Shown: positions 1-12,574, numbered from the stretch's first letter. The stretch: 64,000 bases of DNA from Lingula anatina (GCA_051362555.1 CM120647.1:18762651-18826650); one strand, 5' to 3'. Notes: generated by a model not told the origin, from the letters alone. Program-made: numbers and translations.

Positions 1-3000
1 ATTTGGAAGATCCCTTGCATTCAACTGTTTTGGTAGGATCTTTTAATTTATTCTTAATTATCACCATAGTAATGCCAAGGTGATTAATTTTAGATTTTTG
101 GAAAGCAGTTTGGAAGGTTAATTTATCTCTAAACTGTGAGGCGGGTTGTGATTTTAGAAGAATGGGTCCTGTAAAATAAATTTATTGTTAAGAAATCTAA
201 GATCGCATTCAGAAGAGTGGACTAACAGTTCCGTGGATCAAATATGGCGACCTACTTGAATGCTTGCTGAGTAATCCCCGCAGGAAATCTATTCAGTGTC
301 TAATCGGAAGTTCAGCAGCAAGCTTTTTTATTGAAGATATTGTTTGTTTGCCATCTTTCACAGGACCTCATACAACCATATTTAATCCCCAGAGATATTT
401 GGATTGATGTATCTCCCTGGGGAGTCTCACTAAATTGCTATCAACTTAACCGGCTTAAATGTCTGTCATGTCTAGTACTGCTGTTAGGGGGTAATTATCT
501 TTACCCCTAGCTGATTCGGTGGGCGTGACAGACACTGAAGCTGGTTAAGTTGACAGCAATTTAGTGAGACCCCTAGGGAGTTAGACTGATCCAGATGGAT
601 CGATCTAGCCATGGGAACCCAGTCTAAGTCCACTGTTCTGAATACGCTCTGAAAGCTGGGTTACCTTGTGTCTGGCACTGGATACTAGATAGTTGTTGCT
701 GTAAGGCAAAGAGCTGGTGAGAGTTGCTTTTGGAATTCAAGTAATGTATCTCCACCATCCTGTTGAAGAAGCGTCTCCATTTTCAATGTGTAAACTTTTA
801 AAGACGTTCAGCAGGGTGTGACGATAGACCGTCACAACACTTACCACACCTGATGGGCCAACGCAACGTGCTAGTTGTGTGGATTACAGGGGCACGATTG
901 ATCAGCCCAGTTGTACACTAAATATTTAAACATCCCCCTTTACTACATCCACTCCTTCACAATCTGAAGATGCACGTGATATAATTTTTTTACTCATGAT
1001 TCTGACTGGGTGTTGATGTTCTTGCCTCCCATTTTTTAAAGACGACTTTGAGATACTGTGCTTTAGATTTTAATAACTGAAATATTTCTATATTCAACAC
1101 ATGCGTGTAATAATTTCAATCAACAATGACACTAGCATCTGTGACGTCACATGCAATGTGACTGGTTTCCTCTTGGCTATATCCCACAGGTCACACAATT
1201 CCTCAAGTCTGATAACCTAGCCAACTGGCAGGATGTCGGGTTTAGTCTCGAACGTTTTTCAATCTTTAAGTAATTTCTATCTTTCAAGATAGTTCACAAC
1301 TGATGTTTAATCGTCCACGGTTTAGTGTCTGCATATATGCAAGTAAACCCATAAAAAGGAACGAACTCAAGTCCCATGTGAGGTTTCTAACTACACATGC
1401 TATTTACTTCTCCTATAAAACATGTTCTACAATTGTCGTGTCTCCAAGAATGCTAGCTTAATTCTGCCCAGCTCAATCACTAACACCATTTTACACAGGC
1501 TATTCAATGACAAAGAACCAATATTGTTTTAGCAAGATCCATATTTGACACAATGGTTCCATGGGAAGCTGTGAAAGGAGCACCACCTAGCTACTACATA
1601 ACTGCAGTTGGTCTTGCAGCCACAGTTGACAGTTAAAGTTGTCTTTTCCTGTGTTGGATCGTAAATAACAATGCACCCTCAACATGATAACAGGTGACAG
1701 AGCAGCACTGTCTTGCAGTGGTTGCCTTTGCATAGCAGACCTGTACTTAATACTAAATGCATGTTAACATCAACATTGGACTGACTTCAGATTTTAATTT
1801 AACAACACCTATGTAATCAGTTACTACTACAATTTAAGACACTGGTAGTAAAACTATATTACAAAAATGTTTGGGGAACTAATTCAGTATATTACTCAAC
1901 TTATAAACTTGTACCCTTATTTCTTGTATTTTTGTAATTCACTCTCTACATAAAAGATTTCACCTCGAAATATCACGATTCAATCACAACCGAAGCCATC
2001 AAGACTTGGCTTAACTGTCACTAGTTTGCCCCAGATACATGTACATGTATGCTCACATTTGTTAAGGCTTGAACTCCTTTACAACCAGCCCGCAGAATAT
2101 GCGCATAACTCCTGTGAACAGAGAAAACATATGTTACATTTTTGCATTTCTCTTGAAATCGATCGCGTGCGTCTTGTTAAGTTGCTATTACATTCCAGCC
2201 TTCATATCATAAACAAAACACCTTTACAGTTAGAATGCCAAATAAAATGAGGGAGCCCATTGGTTTAATCATTATCTCAAAACCAAGGAGTTATATTCCC
2301 TTGTCTATATTTTACGCTATGATTTAAGCGTTAGAATTGTGTAACAAAATATGATATACCTTTACTTTTAACACCTTTCCCTTCATTGCACGTATGTTTC
2401 AAGTCCAAACCTGTTGGCAAAATTGGGATTTATTAATCGGGTTTGAAGTCTTTCTGAAAATATTTTGAGCCACTCTCTTCATTGAGGTTGTGAAAAATCA
2501 CCTCGAAGTTTAAGATCTGGAGAACATGTGATTATTTGTAAATAAAAGCAGAAGCCACAGGAGGTGGGGCAACCTTTCTTGACTAATGGTGTATGATGCA
2601 GATCGCGTATTTTATTTAATTCAAAAAGTTACATAGGATGTACTGTTAGCCCATTTAGTCAACATCTCCCGAACAAACGTGTCTCTGATATAAGGGGTAA
2701 TAGGTAATTCATCAAAAAACATTTACTCCTACTCAACATGTGCGCAGTGCTTATGAGTAAAGATGGCTTTGAAAGACTGGTTTTTGCCAGTTTGTATAAT
2801 AAAATTGTGCGCTGTGGTTATGCCTGTAATGGATTTAAAACTTTTGCCTTTGAGGCCCCAATCCCGTATTACTATCTATCATCTTATGCCGGTTGCTGAA
2901 ACGCCAAGTAATTTGCAAGATAGTGCAGCGCGGTCAAGGTTCTACTCTGATCTAAATACCCAGGTTTCAGACAGTTAGCTCACTCATTTTCACGTTGCCG

Positions 3001-4066
3001 TGGGAGATAACTGATTAAGAAGAGCAGAATATCTAAGAAGGCGCAATTATCCAAGACATCCAAGTAGAGGCAAAGGTTTGGAGAAAAGAATAATTTTTGG
3101 TAAGTTTGCATGGTTTTATAGAATTGGTTACATTATGGTTTTACTACTCTTATGATTTCGGTTGGACGAATGAATTACATGCGAAGTAAGGGTTACATGC
3201 ATCTGCAATCCTGTCAAAATGAATTTGTAGGTCCAAAATGTAGTCTTGGACTGGAAGTGAATTAATTGAACTACATGTAATTAGTTAAAGGATAAAAAAG
3301 GCAATCGATTTCTATCAGTTAGTAAGTTGTATTATTATTATTATTATGCAAATAAGCTTTTCGTGTATTGGTATAGCACAGCATAGCGGTTCTCTCTACT
3401 ACAAATCTTCCCTACCTGTTACAAAATTGGATGAAAGTCTTTCGTCCAAATCTGTAACAGCTGGATCAGATTGTTTTGATCCTGACAGAGGGGCAATATG
3501 GCATAGGATTTATCCAAGATGTCACGATTTTATTCATTTTAGATTAATATATCGATTCGACTGGACCTACCAATATCTTGGCTCTAAAGGTTTTCCGAGT
3601 TATGTATGCTGTGCGAAAACATAAGCGTTAATAAAATAAATGCATAAACAGAAAATCCATAAACGTATATGTACACTAAATTTAGGCTAAACATAAAACG
3701 GGGTATTACAGCTGCCTGGTCATCAATTTAACGGCAAAATAATTCTTCAGTACTTATTTTTGAGAATTCATTTATATTATTTATGGGGTGGCAGAGTTTT
3801 ATGATTTTTTGTCTTATTGTTAGTTTGTAAACCCTCTGAATATTCTTGGTCCTCTAGAATGCTGTTGCTAATTTTAAATAAATAAATTCAGATAATGTTA
3901 GTTTCAAGTGTATGCTGATCAGTCTGATTAGTAATGGTATTTCAGTTTTGTCAAACAAGGCTCATAATTTCACTGGACATAGGAAAGAAATTCAGTTTTG
4001 CCCTCTTCTCCAGATTATTACCCACCGAGGTACACGTGTGTTGTTTTCTGTGTTCATGCTGAGTTC
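1..4066 (+). repeat. Segmental-duplication block upstream of gene A (paralogous to about 44400-49399)
   Basis: Collinear diverged matches: 40-110 with 44408-44480, 1555-1670 with 45955-46065, 2000-2350 with 46440-46790, 2600-3480 with 47390-48230, 3540-4066 with 48620-49399. After the insertion, homology resumes at about 34810 with 49575 and 35520-36725 with 53630-55775. Confidence 0.9.
201..650. mobile_element. Palindromic MITE (gcattcaga...tctgaat family) with a second palindromic MITE nested at about 383-628
   Basis: Outer arms gcattcagaagagtggact / agtccactgttctgaatac; inner arms gtctcactaaattgctatcaacttaaccggctt / aagctggttaagttgacagcaatttagtgagac. The paralogous outer copy at about 44545-44750 lacks the nested element. 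Confidence 0.7.
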
Positions 4067-7040
4067 ATCCTAGTCCCAGGTACTGCTTTTCCTGGCCTGT
4101 CTTTGTTTTTCTGCCTTGGTAATTCGGTTGGTTTCATAGGCTTTGGCACCAGAATGAACATCTGAACGCCACTTTAGTCTGTTCATTGCAGGCATCTCCC
4201 GGGTGTCATGGCTGGTATTGAAGGCCTTTAGCGAAGCTTTCAGGGTGTCTTTGAAGCGCTTCTTTTGACCACCAAGGGAGCGATTTCCCTATTGCAGTAT
4301 CTTGGGTGGCCGATAGTCTGGCATACGAACTACATGGCCTGCCCAGCGCAGCTGTGCCTGTATCAGAAGAGTGAATATGCTGTGTATGTTTGCCTTAGTG
4401 AGGACCACTGTGTCCGAATTCTTTTTCTTGCCATTTTATGTCAAGAAGTTTCCTGACAACAACACGTGGAAGTGTGCTTCCCAGGTATGAGGCATTAGAG
4501 AACCTGTCAACACTTAAAATGCATCTCAGAACACTGAGGGCACAGTCATTGGCAAATAGAAAGTTACTGATGGTAATTGACTTCACCTTAGTTTTTGCTT
4601 GAATCCTTCGCAGGTTGAAGAGTGATCTATCTGTACGGTATCTAATGCCAATGCGTACATCAGAATCTTTGAAGGCATCTGTCAACATGGCTAAGAACAC
4701 GAGACTAAACAGATATTGGGCAAGAACACACCATTGATCAACTCCATTTGAGACCGCAAGTGGTTTTGAGGTCTCTCCATTGTCTTGAACCCGTGAATGT
4801 GTTGAACTTTCTGGGACACCCGTAATTGCTATGATTCTCCAAAGGCCATCTCTGCAGTATCAAATGCCTTGGTCAAGTCGACACAGGTGGAATAAAGGCC
4901 AACATTTTGTTCCTGGGTATTTTTCTTTGAGCTGCCTAGCTGCGAACACCATGTCAGTAGTTCCACATTCTTTCCGGGTGCCACATTGGCTCTCTGGAAG
5001 GAGACCCTGCTCGAGGTGGGCTATAAGGCGGTTAAGTAGAACTCTAGCTAGGGCTTTGCCTGCAATGGACAGAAGTGAAATTCCACAATGATTGTCACAT
5101 GCCTGATGACTACCGCTTGTACAGGTGTGTAATGGAAGCATCCTTGAAGTCCTGTGGAACTGTCTCGTGATGCCAGATGAGCTGGAACAGCTGCTGACAC
5201 TTCTCAGTCAGCACTATGCAACCATTATTGTAGACTTCAGCTGGGATGGAGTCTGAGCCAGGTGCTTTGTCACTGGATAGCTGGTGAATAGCTTTATGGA
5301 TCTCCTCCAAATTTGGAATGTCATCCAGTGACTCACTGATTGGTACCTGGGGGAGTCGGTCGATGGCATCATCAATAATGGTGGAGGGGCGGTTCAGTAC
5401 ACTAATAAAGTGTTACGCCCACCTTACAAGGATCTTGTCCTAGAGTAGAATCACCAACACTGAGGAGAGGGGCAGAGCCAGAGGTAGTGGGACCATATAC
5501 TTCTCTCAAAGCACTGTAGAAGGTCTTCATATCCTTCTTGCCTGCGAAGCTCTGTATCTCATCAGCTTCGGTATGTAGCCAGGAGACCTGCATCTAACGT
5601 AGCTTAAGCTGTACATTGCTAATTGCTCTCTTAAGTATATCTCTTTTAAACTGAGACTTGGAATCTTCAGCGTGAGCTCTGTAGGCTTGGTGTTTGATAT
5701 CTAACAGCTCCTTGATCTCAGTAGAGTTGTCATCAAACCAGTCTTTGTGCTTCCTAGTGGAAGGTCCTAGGCATTCCATAGCAGTGTTATACACCGTCTC
5801 ATATAGTACACCCCATGCTTCTTCAACGCTCTGGTTGTCTTTTTCAGTGGACTCAAGGCTTTTTTCCAAGGTGTCTACAAAGTTCTGCTTGATGTTGTCT
5901 AGTTTCAGCATGTTGACATTCAGGCATTTAGGGGCTTTCATACCTTGTGGACGCCTTTTGGGCTGGATGCATAGGTTGGCTTTGGAGATGATAAGGCCAT
6001 GGTCTGTCCAGCACTCTGCACCGCACATGACCTTCGTGACCCGTATATCTTGCCTGTCTCTCTTCCTGATGATGACAAAGTCGATGAAATTCAAATGCTT
6101 TGAGCGTGGGTCCATCCGTGATGCCCTGTTGCAGATGGGGAGGCTAAAGATGGTGTTTGTGATCAGAAGGTTGTGCTCGGCACATGTCTGGAGAATCAGC
6201 AGTCCGTTGGTGTTACAGTTGCCGATCCCATGCTCCCCAACCACCCCTTCCCATGTAGTGTCACTGACAACTCTGGCGTTAAAGTCACCGAATATAAAAA
6301 GCTTGTCTGCGTTGGGAACTGAGGTGATGGTAGCATTTAGGTCCTCGTAGGACTTGTCTTTGATCTCCTCTGGGTTGGTCATGGTGGACGCATAGTCACT
6401 GACAAACTTCTTCAGAAAGGGAGTCGGAAGGTCATCAGACGATAATCTATACCTGTAGATGGGCCAACCAGCTTGACAACCAGTTTCGTCCTCACTGCAA
6501 AGCCAACGCCAGCCTCGCGTCTCTCCTCAGGGCTGCAACCACTCCAAAAGAAGGTGTAACCTGCACCTCGTTCACTAAGCTCAAATACTCCTGTCAGTCT
6601 GGGAATTAAGACAGCGATATTGATGTTGTACCTAGCGAGTTCACTTGCAATAAGTGCTGTGCGTCTCTGTGGTTTGTCCGCATCGTCTCTGTCCAGGAGC
6701 GAACGTACATCCCACGTGGTAAAGATCAATGAGGTATGCCTAGTTATTTGTTTCCTTATTTTCTTCTTTGTAAGTCGACCGCTTATTTAGGCCCCCCAAC
6801 AGCCCCGGTATGCTGACTAGGATAGTGTGGATGTTAGGGCACCTTTTCTAGCCCCTTCCTCATGCCATGGAGGTAAGCAGTGCTGTCCCGAAGAGCGCTA
6901 CTCAGTCGCTGAGGGGGCTGCCGGACTCCACCGCTGCTCCAGTCGGTGAAAAAAAAAAAAAAAAAAACATATGGCCTGAGCCGCCTGTGTGCAGGTCCAC
7001 GGCTACGACTGCCAGTGTACCACACCTGTCGCTTTGTCCT
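4067..7040 (-). mobile_element. Decayed RTE-clade non-LTR retrotransposon (5' UTR + APE endonuclease + reverse transcriptase; frameshifted, internally deleted, 3'-truncated)
   Basis: Collinear minus-strand ORF fragments: 6412-6729 (TWDVRSLLD..PQRRTALIASELARYNINIA, typical RTE endonuclease N-terminus), 5594-6382 (GDFNARV, IDFVI, ECWTDHGLI), 5402-5593, 5110-5310 (KAPGSDSIPAEVY), 4860-5141 (GISLLSIAGKALAR, LPESQCG), 4395-4700 (FLFANDCAL, a degenerate FADD), and KRFKDTLKASLK near 4230-4265. Homology to the paralogous flank (49380-49399) stops at ...ctgagttc 4066. Confidence 0.93.
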
Positions 7041-7204
7041 CGCGGTCAAGGTTCTACTCTGATCTAAATACCCAGGTTTCAGACAGTTAGCTCACTCATT
7101 TTCACGTTGCCGAAGAAGAGCAGAATATCTAAGACCGCATTCACAACGATTTGAGTCAGGCTTTACAAATCCTGATGCTAAATATGGCGGACGTACATGA
7201 AAGT

Positions 7205-7349
7205 AGAGAGTCTGGTTTCACTTAGGCAGGGATATCGATGTTGTACCTAGCGAGTTCACTTGCAATGAGTGCTGTGCGTCTCTGTGGTTTGTCCGCATCG
7301 TCTCTGTCCAGGAGCGTACACACATTCCATGTGGTAAAGATCAATGGGA
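7205..7349 (-). mobile_element. Second RTE fragment, left half (endonuclease N-terminus), interrupted by the tandem array
   Basis: Encodes IFTTWNVCTLLDRDDADKPQRRTALIASELARYNIDIPA followed by a frameshifted LSETRL; aligns to about 6595-6733 of the first copy. Confidence 0.9.
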
Positions 7350-9356
7350 TCAAAGGTTGAAAAGCAAGGGCGCAAGAAAGGAAAGGAGGGGCATGAAAAG
7401 ACAAAATGTCTGCTTGTTAAAAGCAATAGAGGCTTTTGTAAAAAAAATAAATAAATAAATAAAAATGTTCTCTCTGATAATCACGGCGAGAAGTTAGCAC
7501 ATTTTGATGAAATGCAGAACATACGGAATTAGCTACAGCTCAATTTAAGTACAAGATCTGTGTCACTTTTAACTGAAGAGAAAGTAAATGTTATTGACGA
7601 CGCAGACTTCATTCTAACGACCAGCAATATGTTCGTTTTAAATCGATCATTTAATGTAAACTTTCTAAAGTATACAGTATTTTTATGCAAAAGGTAATTT
7701 GCTAGGACCCACGAGATCCCTGATTCGTTCTCGTGACATCCGGGTCCCGATTCATGGGCTCGGTCGTTGTCGTGATGGACTGACGTGCCTCATTCGGGAC
7801 TCGAACTCGTGACATTGCGTTGACATGGTTGATGGCGCTTTGGTTAACTCATTTGCATCCAAGCACGCTACCGACTGCGCCGTGACATACCCGCCCACCC
7901 TCCCAAGCAATAGAGGCTTTTGTAAAAAAATTAATAAATAAATAAAAATGTTCTCTCTGATAATCACGGCGAGAAGATAGCACATTTTGATGAAATGCAG
8001 AACATACAGAATTAGCTACAGCTCAATTTAAGTACAAGATCTGTGTCACCAATCTATGGACTTTTAACTGAAGAGAAAGGAAATGTTATTGACGACGCAG
8101 ACTTTATTCTAACGACCAGCAATATGTTCGTTTTAAATCGATCATTTAATGTAAACTTTCTAAAGAATACAGTATTTTTATGCAAAAGGTAATTTGCTAG
8201 GACCCACGAGATCCCTGATTCGTTCTCGTGACATCCGGGTCCCGATTCATGGGCTCGGTCGTTGTCGTGATGGACTGACGTGCCTCATTCGGGACTCGAA
8301 CTCGTGACTTTGCGTTGCCATGGTTGATGGCGCTTTGGTTAACTCATTTGCATCCAATCACGCTACCGACTGCGCCGTGACAGACCCGCCCACCCTCCGT
8401 ACTAACGAGTTTCCTCTTATAGTAACCAAACGGAATTTTAAAAATTTAATTCTAGTAAAAAAAAGTACGGTACTATATTTACTGGGTCTCGAACCAGGGT
8501 ACCAGTGTCTGACTGTATGCGAGACAGCAACGTTACCACGGAGCCACGTCAGCTTCGTAGATACGTGATGATCGGATGGGAACTTTCAACCTTGCCACGG
8601 AGAGGGCCAGGTTGGATGTACATGTGTGTATCTGCTATCCCAATCGATAATCCAGGTGCCGCATTTATCATGAATGGTAAAATTCATGATGTACGGGATG
8701 CCATGCGTGTTTCAGAACCCGACACGGAGCTCGGAGTTTGTTTTATGCTAAGATTGATTTGGGTTTTACCCAAGATATTAAAAAGTACAATGGGATCAAA
8801 GGCGGTTCACAACAGGCGTGTTTTAGTTTTTGCGAGATCTTAAGAAGAGAGGAGAAAAAACATTCAAATGTTTAATAAGTGGTGCAATTTCCATATAAGC
8901 AATTGCAACGATGGGAATTTTGAATAAAACATATTTTGCTAATAATTCCACCGACAAGATATCATTTTTCTGCTGAACACGGTTAACAGGTGGTATGACG
9001 TGCTGTTATTCCGGAAAAGCTACTGATTCAATTCAAGCTCGTTGGCTTTCAGGGAAAGGCCTGCTCGGAACGTTCCTAGTTAGATGACTTCAGATACTTT
9101 TTATTTTCATTTTGTTTTGAACTGAGATAACGTTTGCTTTCACCTTTGACGATATACATTGCGATGAGGTCCACAGCTGTTCACACCTGGGCGGTTTTAG
9201 TATTGAGTACTCTTTACTCTTTCAAATGTCGACCGCGGACTTGCCCCGGGTACTGTATGAACACATGAAAAGTCTTGAGTAGCAAGGGCGCAAGAAAGGA
9301 AAATAGGGGCATGAAAAGACAAAATGTCTGCTTGTTAAAAGCAATAGAGGCTTTTG

Positions 9357-9391
<35 letters not shown>

Positions 9392-9629
9392 AAATGTTCT
9401 CTCTGATAATCACGGCGAGAAGATAGCACATTGTGATGAAATGCAGAACATACGGAATTAGCTACAGCTCAATTTAAGTACAAGATCTGTGTCACCAATC
9501 TATGGACTTTTAACTGAAGAGAAAGGAAATGTTATTGACGACGCAGACTTTATTCTAACGACCAGCAATATGTTCGTTTTAAATCGATCATTTAATGTAA
9601 ACTTTCTAAAGAATACAGTATTTTTATGC

Positions 9630-9831
9630 AAAAGGTAATTTGCTAGGACCCACGAGATCCCTGATTCGTTCTCGTGACATCCGGGTCCCGATTCATGGGC
9701 TCGGTCGTTGTCGTGATGGACTGACGTGCCTCATTCGGGACTCGAACTCGTGACTTTGCGTTGCCATGGTTGATGGCGCTTTGGTTAACTCATTTGCATC
9801 CAAGCACGCTACCGACTGCGCCGTGACAGAC
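9630..9831 (-). ncRNA. tRNA-derived Pol III-like cassette 2 of the array unit (representative copy; tRNA-Asn-like head + 3' hairpin + T4)
   Basis: Minus strand reads GTCTGTCAC-GGCGCAGTCGGTAGCG (A box), ...GTTAACCAAAG..., GAGTTCGAGTCC (B box, 9749-9738). TATAAGA lies 30-36 nt upstream (9867-9861). A GGACC/CACGAGA stem-loop sits at 9688-9646, and the first T4 is at 9633-9630. Confidence 0.55.
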
Positions 9832-9902
9832 CCGCCCACCCTCCGTACTAACGAGTTTCCTCTTATAGTAACCAAACGGAATTTTAAAAATTTAATTCTG
9901 GT

Positions 9903-9999
9903 AAAAAAAAGTACGGTACTATATTTGCTGGGTCTCGAACCAGGGTACCAGTGTCTGACTGTATGCGAGACAGCAACGTTACCACGGAGCCACGTCAGC
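9903..9999 (-). ncRNA. tRNA-derived Pol III-like cassette 1 of the array unit (representative copy; tRNA-Ala(CGC)-like, not a canonical tRNA)
   Basis: Minus strand reads GCTGACG-TGGCTCCGTGG (A box), then an anticodon-like arm GCTGT-CTCGCAT-ACAGT (9974-9958), GGTTCGAGACC (B box, 9941-9931) and a T8 terminator (9910-9903). The acceptor stem does not pair. Confidence 0.6.
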
Positions 10000-10803
10000 T
10001 TCGTTGATACGTGATGATCGGATGGGAACTTTCAACCTTGCCACGGAGAGGGCCAGGTTGGATGTACATGTGTATATCTGCTATCCCAATCGATAATCCA
10101 GGTGCCGCATTTATCATGAATGGTAAAATTCATGATGTACAGGATGCCATGCGTGTTTCAGAACCCGACACGGAGCTCGGAGTTTGTTTTATGCTAAGAT
10201 TGATTTGGGTTTTACCCAAGATATTAAAAAGTACAATGGGATCAAAGGCGGTTCACAACAGGCGTGTTTTAGTTTTTGCGAGATCTTAAGAAGAGAGGAG
10301 AAAAAACATTCAAATGTTTAATAAGTGGTGCAATTTCCATATAAGCAATTGCAACGATGGGAATTTTGAATAAAACATATTTTGCTAATAATTCCACCGA
10401 CAAGATATCATTTTTCTGCTGAACACGGTTAACAGGTGGTATGACGTGCTGTTATTCCGGAAAAGCTACTGATTCAATTCAAGCTCGTTGGCTTTCAGGG
10501 AAAGGCCTGCTCGGAACGTTCCTAGTTAGATGACTTCAGATACTTTTTTATTTTCATTTTGTTTTGAACTGAGATAACGTTTGCTTTCACCTTTGACGAT
10601 ATACATTGCGATGAGGTCCACAGCTGTTCACACCTGGGCGGTTTTAGTATTGAGTACTCTTTACTCTTTCAAATGTTGACCGCGGACTTGCCCCGGGTAC
10701 TGTATGAACACATGAAAAGTCTTGAGTAGCAAGGGCGCAAGAAAGGAAAAGAGGGGCATGAAAAGACAAAATGTCTGCTTGTTAAAAGCAATAGAGGCTT
10801 TTG

Positions 10804-10842
<39 letters not shown>

Positions 10843-12523
10843 AAATGTTCTCTCTGATAATCACGGCGAGAAGATAGCACATTGTGATGAAATGCAGAAC
10901 ATACGGAATTAGCTACAGCTCAATTTAAGTACAAGATCTGTGTCACCAATCTATGGACTTTTAACTGAAGAGAAAGGAAATGTTATTGACGACGCAGACT
11001 TTATTCTAACGACCAGCAATATGTTCGTTTTAAATCGATCATTTAATGTAAACTTTCTAAAGTATACAGTATTTTTATGCAAAAGGTAAAATAAATAAAT
11101 AAATAAATAAAAATGTTCTCTCTGATAATCACGGCGAGAAGATAGCACATTTTGATGAAATGCAGAACATACGGAATTAGCTACAGCTCAATTTAAGTAC
11201 AAGATCTGTGTCACCAATCTATGGACTTTTAACTGAAGAGAAAGGAAATGTTATTGACGACGCAGACTTTATTCTAACGACCAGCAATATGTTCGTTTTA
11301 AATCGATCATTTAATGTAAACTTTCTAAAGTATACAGTATTTTTATGCAAAAGGTAATTTGCTAGGACCAACGAGATCCCTGATTCGTTCTCGTGACATC
11401 CGGGTCCCGATTCATGGGCTCGGTCGTTGTCGTGATGGACTGACGTGCCTCATTCGGGACTCGAACTCGTGACATTGCGTTGACATGGTTGATGGCGCTT
11501 TTGTTAACTCATTTGCATCCAAGCACGCTACCGACTGCGCCGTGACAGACCCGCCCACCCTCCGTACTTACGAGTTTCCTCTTATAGTAACCAAACGGAA
11601 TTTTAAAAATTTAATTCTGGTAAAAAAAAAGTACGGTACTATATTTGCTGGGTCTCGAACCAGGGTACCAGTGTCTGACTGTATGCGAGACAGCAACGTT
11701 ACCACGGAGCCACGTCAGCTTCGTTGATACGTGATGATCGGATGGGAACTTTCAACCTTGCCACGGAGAGGGCCAGGTTGGATGTACATGTGTGTATCTG
11801 CTATCCCAATCGATAATCCAGGTGCCGCATTTATCATGAATGGTAAAATTCATGATGTACAGGATGCCATGCGTGTTTCAGAACCCGACACGGAGCTCGG
11901 AGTTTGTTTTATGCTAAGATTGATTTGGGTTTTACCCAAGATATTAAAAAGTACAATGGGATCAAAGGCGGTTCACAACAGGCGTGTTTTAGTTTTTGCG
12001 AGATCTTAAGAAGAGAGGAGAAAAAACATTCAAATGTTTAATAAGTGGTCCAATTTCCATATAAGCAATTGCAACGATGGGAATTTTGAATAAAACATAT
12101 TTTGCGAATAATTCCACCGACAAGATATCATTTTTCTGCTGAACACGGTTAACAGGTGATATGACGTGCTGTTATTCCGGAAAAGCTACTGATTCAATTC
12201 AAGCTCGTTGGCTTTCAGGGAAAGGCCTGCTCGGAACGTTCCTAGTTAGATGACTTCAGTTACTTTTTTATTTTCATTTAGTTTTGAACTGAGATAACGT
12301 TTGCTTTCACCTTTGACGATATACATTGCGATGAGGTCCACAGCTGTTCACACCTGGGCGGTTTTAGTATTGAGTACTCTTTACTCTTTCAAATGTCGAC
12401 CGCGGACTTGCCCCGGGTACTGTATGAACACATGAAAAGTCTTGAGTAGCAAGGGCGCAAGAAAGGAAAGGAGGGGCATGAAAAGACAAAATGTCTGCTT
12501 GTTAAAAGCAATAGAGGCTTTTG

Positions 12524-12574
<51 letters not shown>

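Noticed and set aside
5694-6350. 218-aa plus-strand ORF
   Set aside because: Antisense shadow of the RTE endonuclease ORF.
6975-7040. HDV-like ribozyme in the RTE 5' UTR
   Set aside because: Known for some RTE elements, but no nested double pseudoknot could be assigned by eye and the 5' end appears truncated.
9400-9460. Hammerhead ribozyme (retrozyme) in the array unit (ctgataa..., tgatgaaa)
   Set aside because: No CTGANGA-stem II-GAAA arrangement found on either strand by eye.
9727-9999. Functional tRNA-Asn / tRNA-Ala genes
   Set aside because: Acceptor stems do not pair, T-stems are mismatched and there are extra insertions; reported only as tRNA-derived cassettes.
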